Assembly: GCA_002269645.1 (NCBI GenBank)
Contig: NIVC01000048.1
Coordinates: forward strand, 1 to 64,000
Direction of reading: 5' to 3'
Source: Macrostomum lignano
Taxonomy: Eukaryota
Length of the DNA stretch: 64,000 bases
Made by a program: the position numbers and the translations under genes. Of this stretch, positions 63,523-64,000 are shown in pieces. Position 1 is the first letter of the stretch, and every line of letters begins with the position of its first letter. The notes beneath the pieces were generated by a model. It was not told the DNA's origin, ran no database searches, and was given only the letters and a program-made list of their open reading frames with translations.

Positions 63523-63862
63523 AAACAAGACACTGTCGAACTTAAGTCATCTCATAGAACAGACACCTCAAACTACCCTAAGCTTCCAGGAGTTGAATCA
63601 CCATACATACTGACAAACTCTGAGCTTCTACGCTTTTTATATCTACCTGGAGAGCTAGAGAAGGACACTAAAAGAAGAGCTACAGATCCATACTTCAGCC
63701 TTGATGTACATAAAATAGACAGACATTTTACCTCCGACTCTGGTGACTATTACTTTTTATCTCAGGCCTTTAACCCTAAATCCCCCACGCGGTCATTCAC
63801 TAGAGCTGAACTCCTAGTGATACCAGCTGACACGGAAATTAATTAAAATATTAAAACAAAAA

Positions 63863-64000
63863 ATGACAAAGATAGAAACCAGAACCATCAGTAAACTCAA
63901 TAAAATCATTGAATCAAAGAAACCAGGTCTTATATCAATTAAAGGTATCAAAGTTAAGTTTGATCCCACACAGCAAATAGTTGAGTGTAATGAACAAAGA
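63863..64000 (+). CDS. Start of a further ORF of the Polinton-like cluster (truncated by window edge)
   Basis: MTKIETRTISKLNK... begins 16 nt after the integrase stop with an A-rich leader like its neighbours. Confidence 0.45.
   Translation, partial: MTKIETRTISKLNKIIESKKPGLISIKGIKVKFDPTQQIVECNEQR

Larger units (their letters stand above)
59838..63846 (+). pseudogene. Polinton/adintovirus-type retroviral-like integrase, interrupted by a 3-kb insertion
   Basis: QADLLFLP, IIDIASRY, TDPGKEF, VERFN; TAA at 60000-60002; frame resumes after 63554 with GELEKDTKRRATDP and RSFTRAELLVIP. Confidence 0.9.

Overview
Eukaryotic (invertebrate, AT/GC-mosaic, intron-containing) genomic DNA; no prokaryotic operons, CRISPR arrays or tRNA genes were seen. 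1-26 kb is a transposon graveyard: Ty3/gypsy remnants, a LINE with a 2A-PHD-APE-RT ORF split by a complete 4.35-kb LTR retrotransposon, a BEL/Pao piece, a gypsy copy interrupted by a mariner and a probable solo LTR. These sit among fragments of what looks like a decayed polycystin-1-like (WSC/PKD-repeat) gene on the minus strand. 27.6-34.8 kb is a 10-exon STIM gene (minus) with a different tandem repeat in most introns and one frameshift in exon 2. 37.4 kb holds a 299-bp MITE with an 8-bp TSD carrying a 64-bp piece of the 28S rDNA R2/homing-endonuclease target. 43-51 kb is a spliced Helitron-like OTU-Rep gene that runs into a 2.8-kb satellite. A Tc1 remnant and an F-type lectin fragment follow. 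58-64 kb is a Polinton/adintovirus-like gene cluster (PLA2, integrase) whose integrase is interrupted by a Ngaro/DIRS-type RT element that lacks a tyrosine recombinase yet is flanked by a perfect 32-bp direct repeat. Family assignments come from recalled motifs, not database searches.
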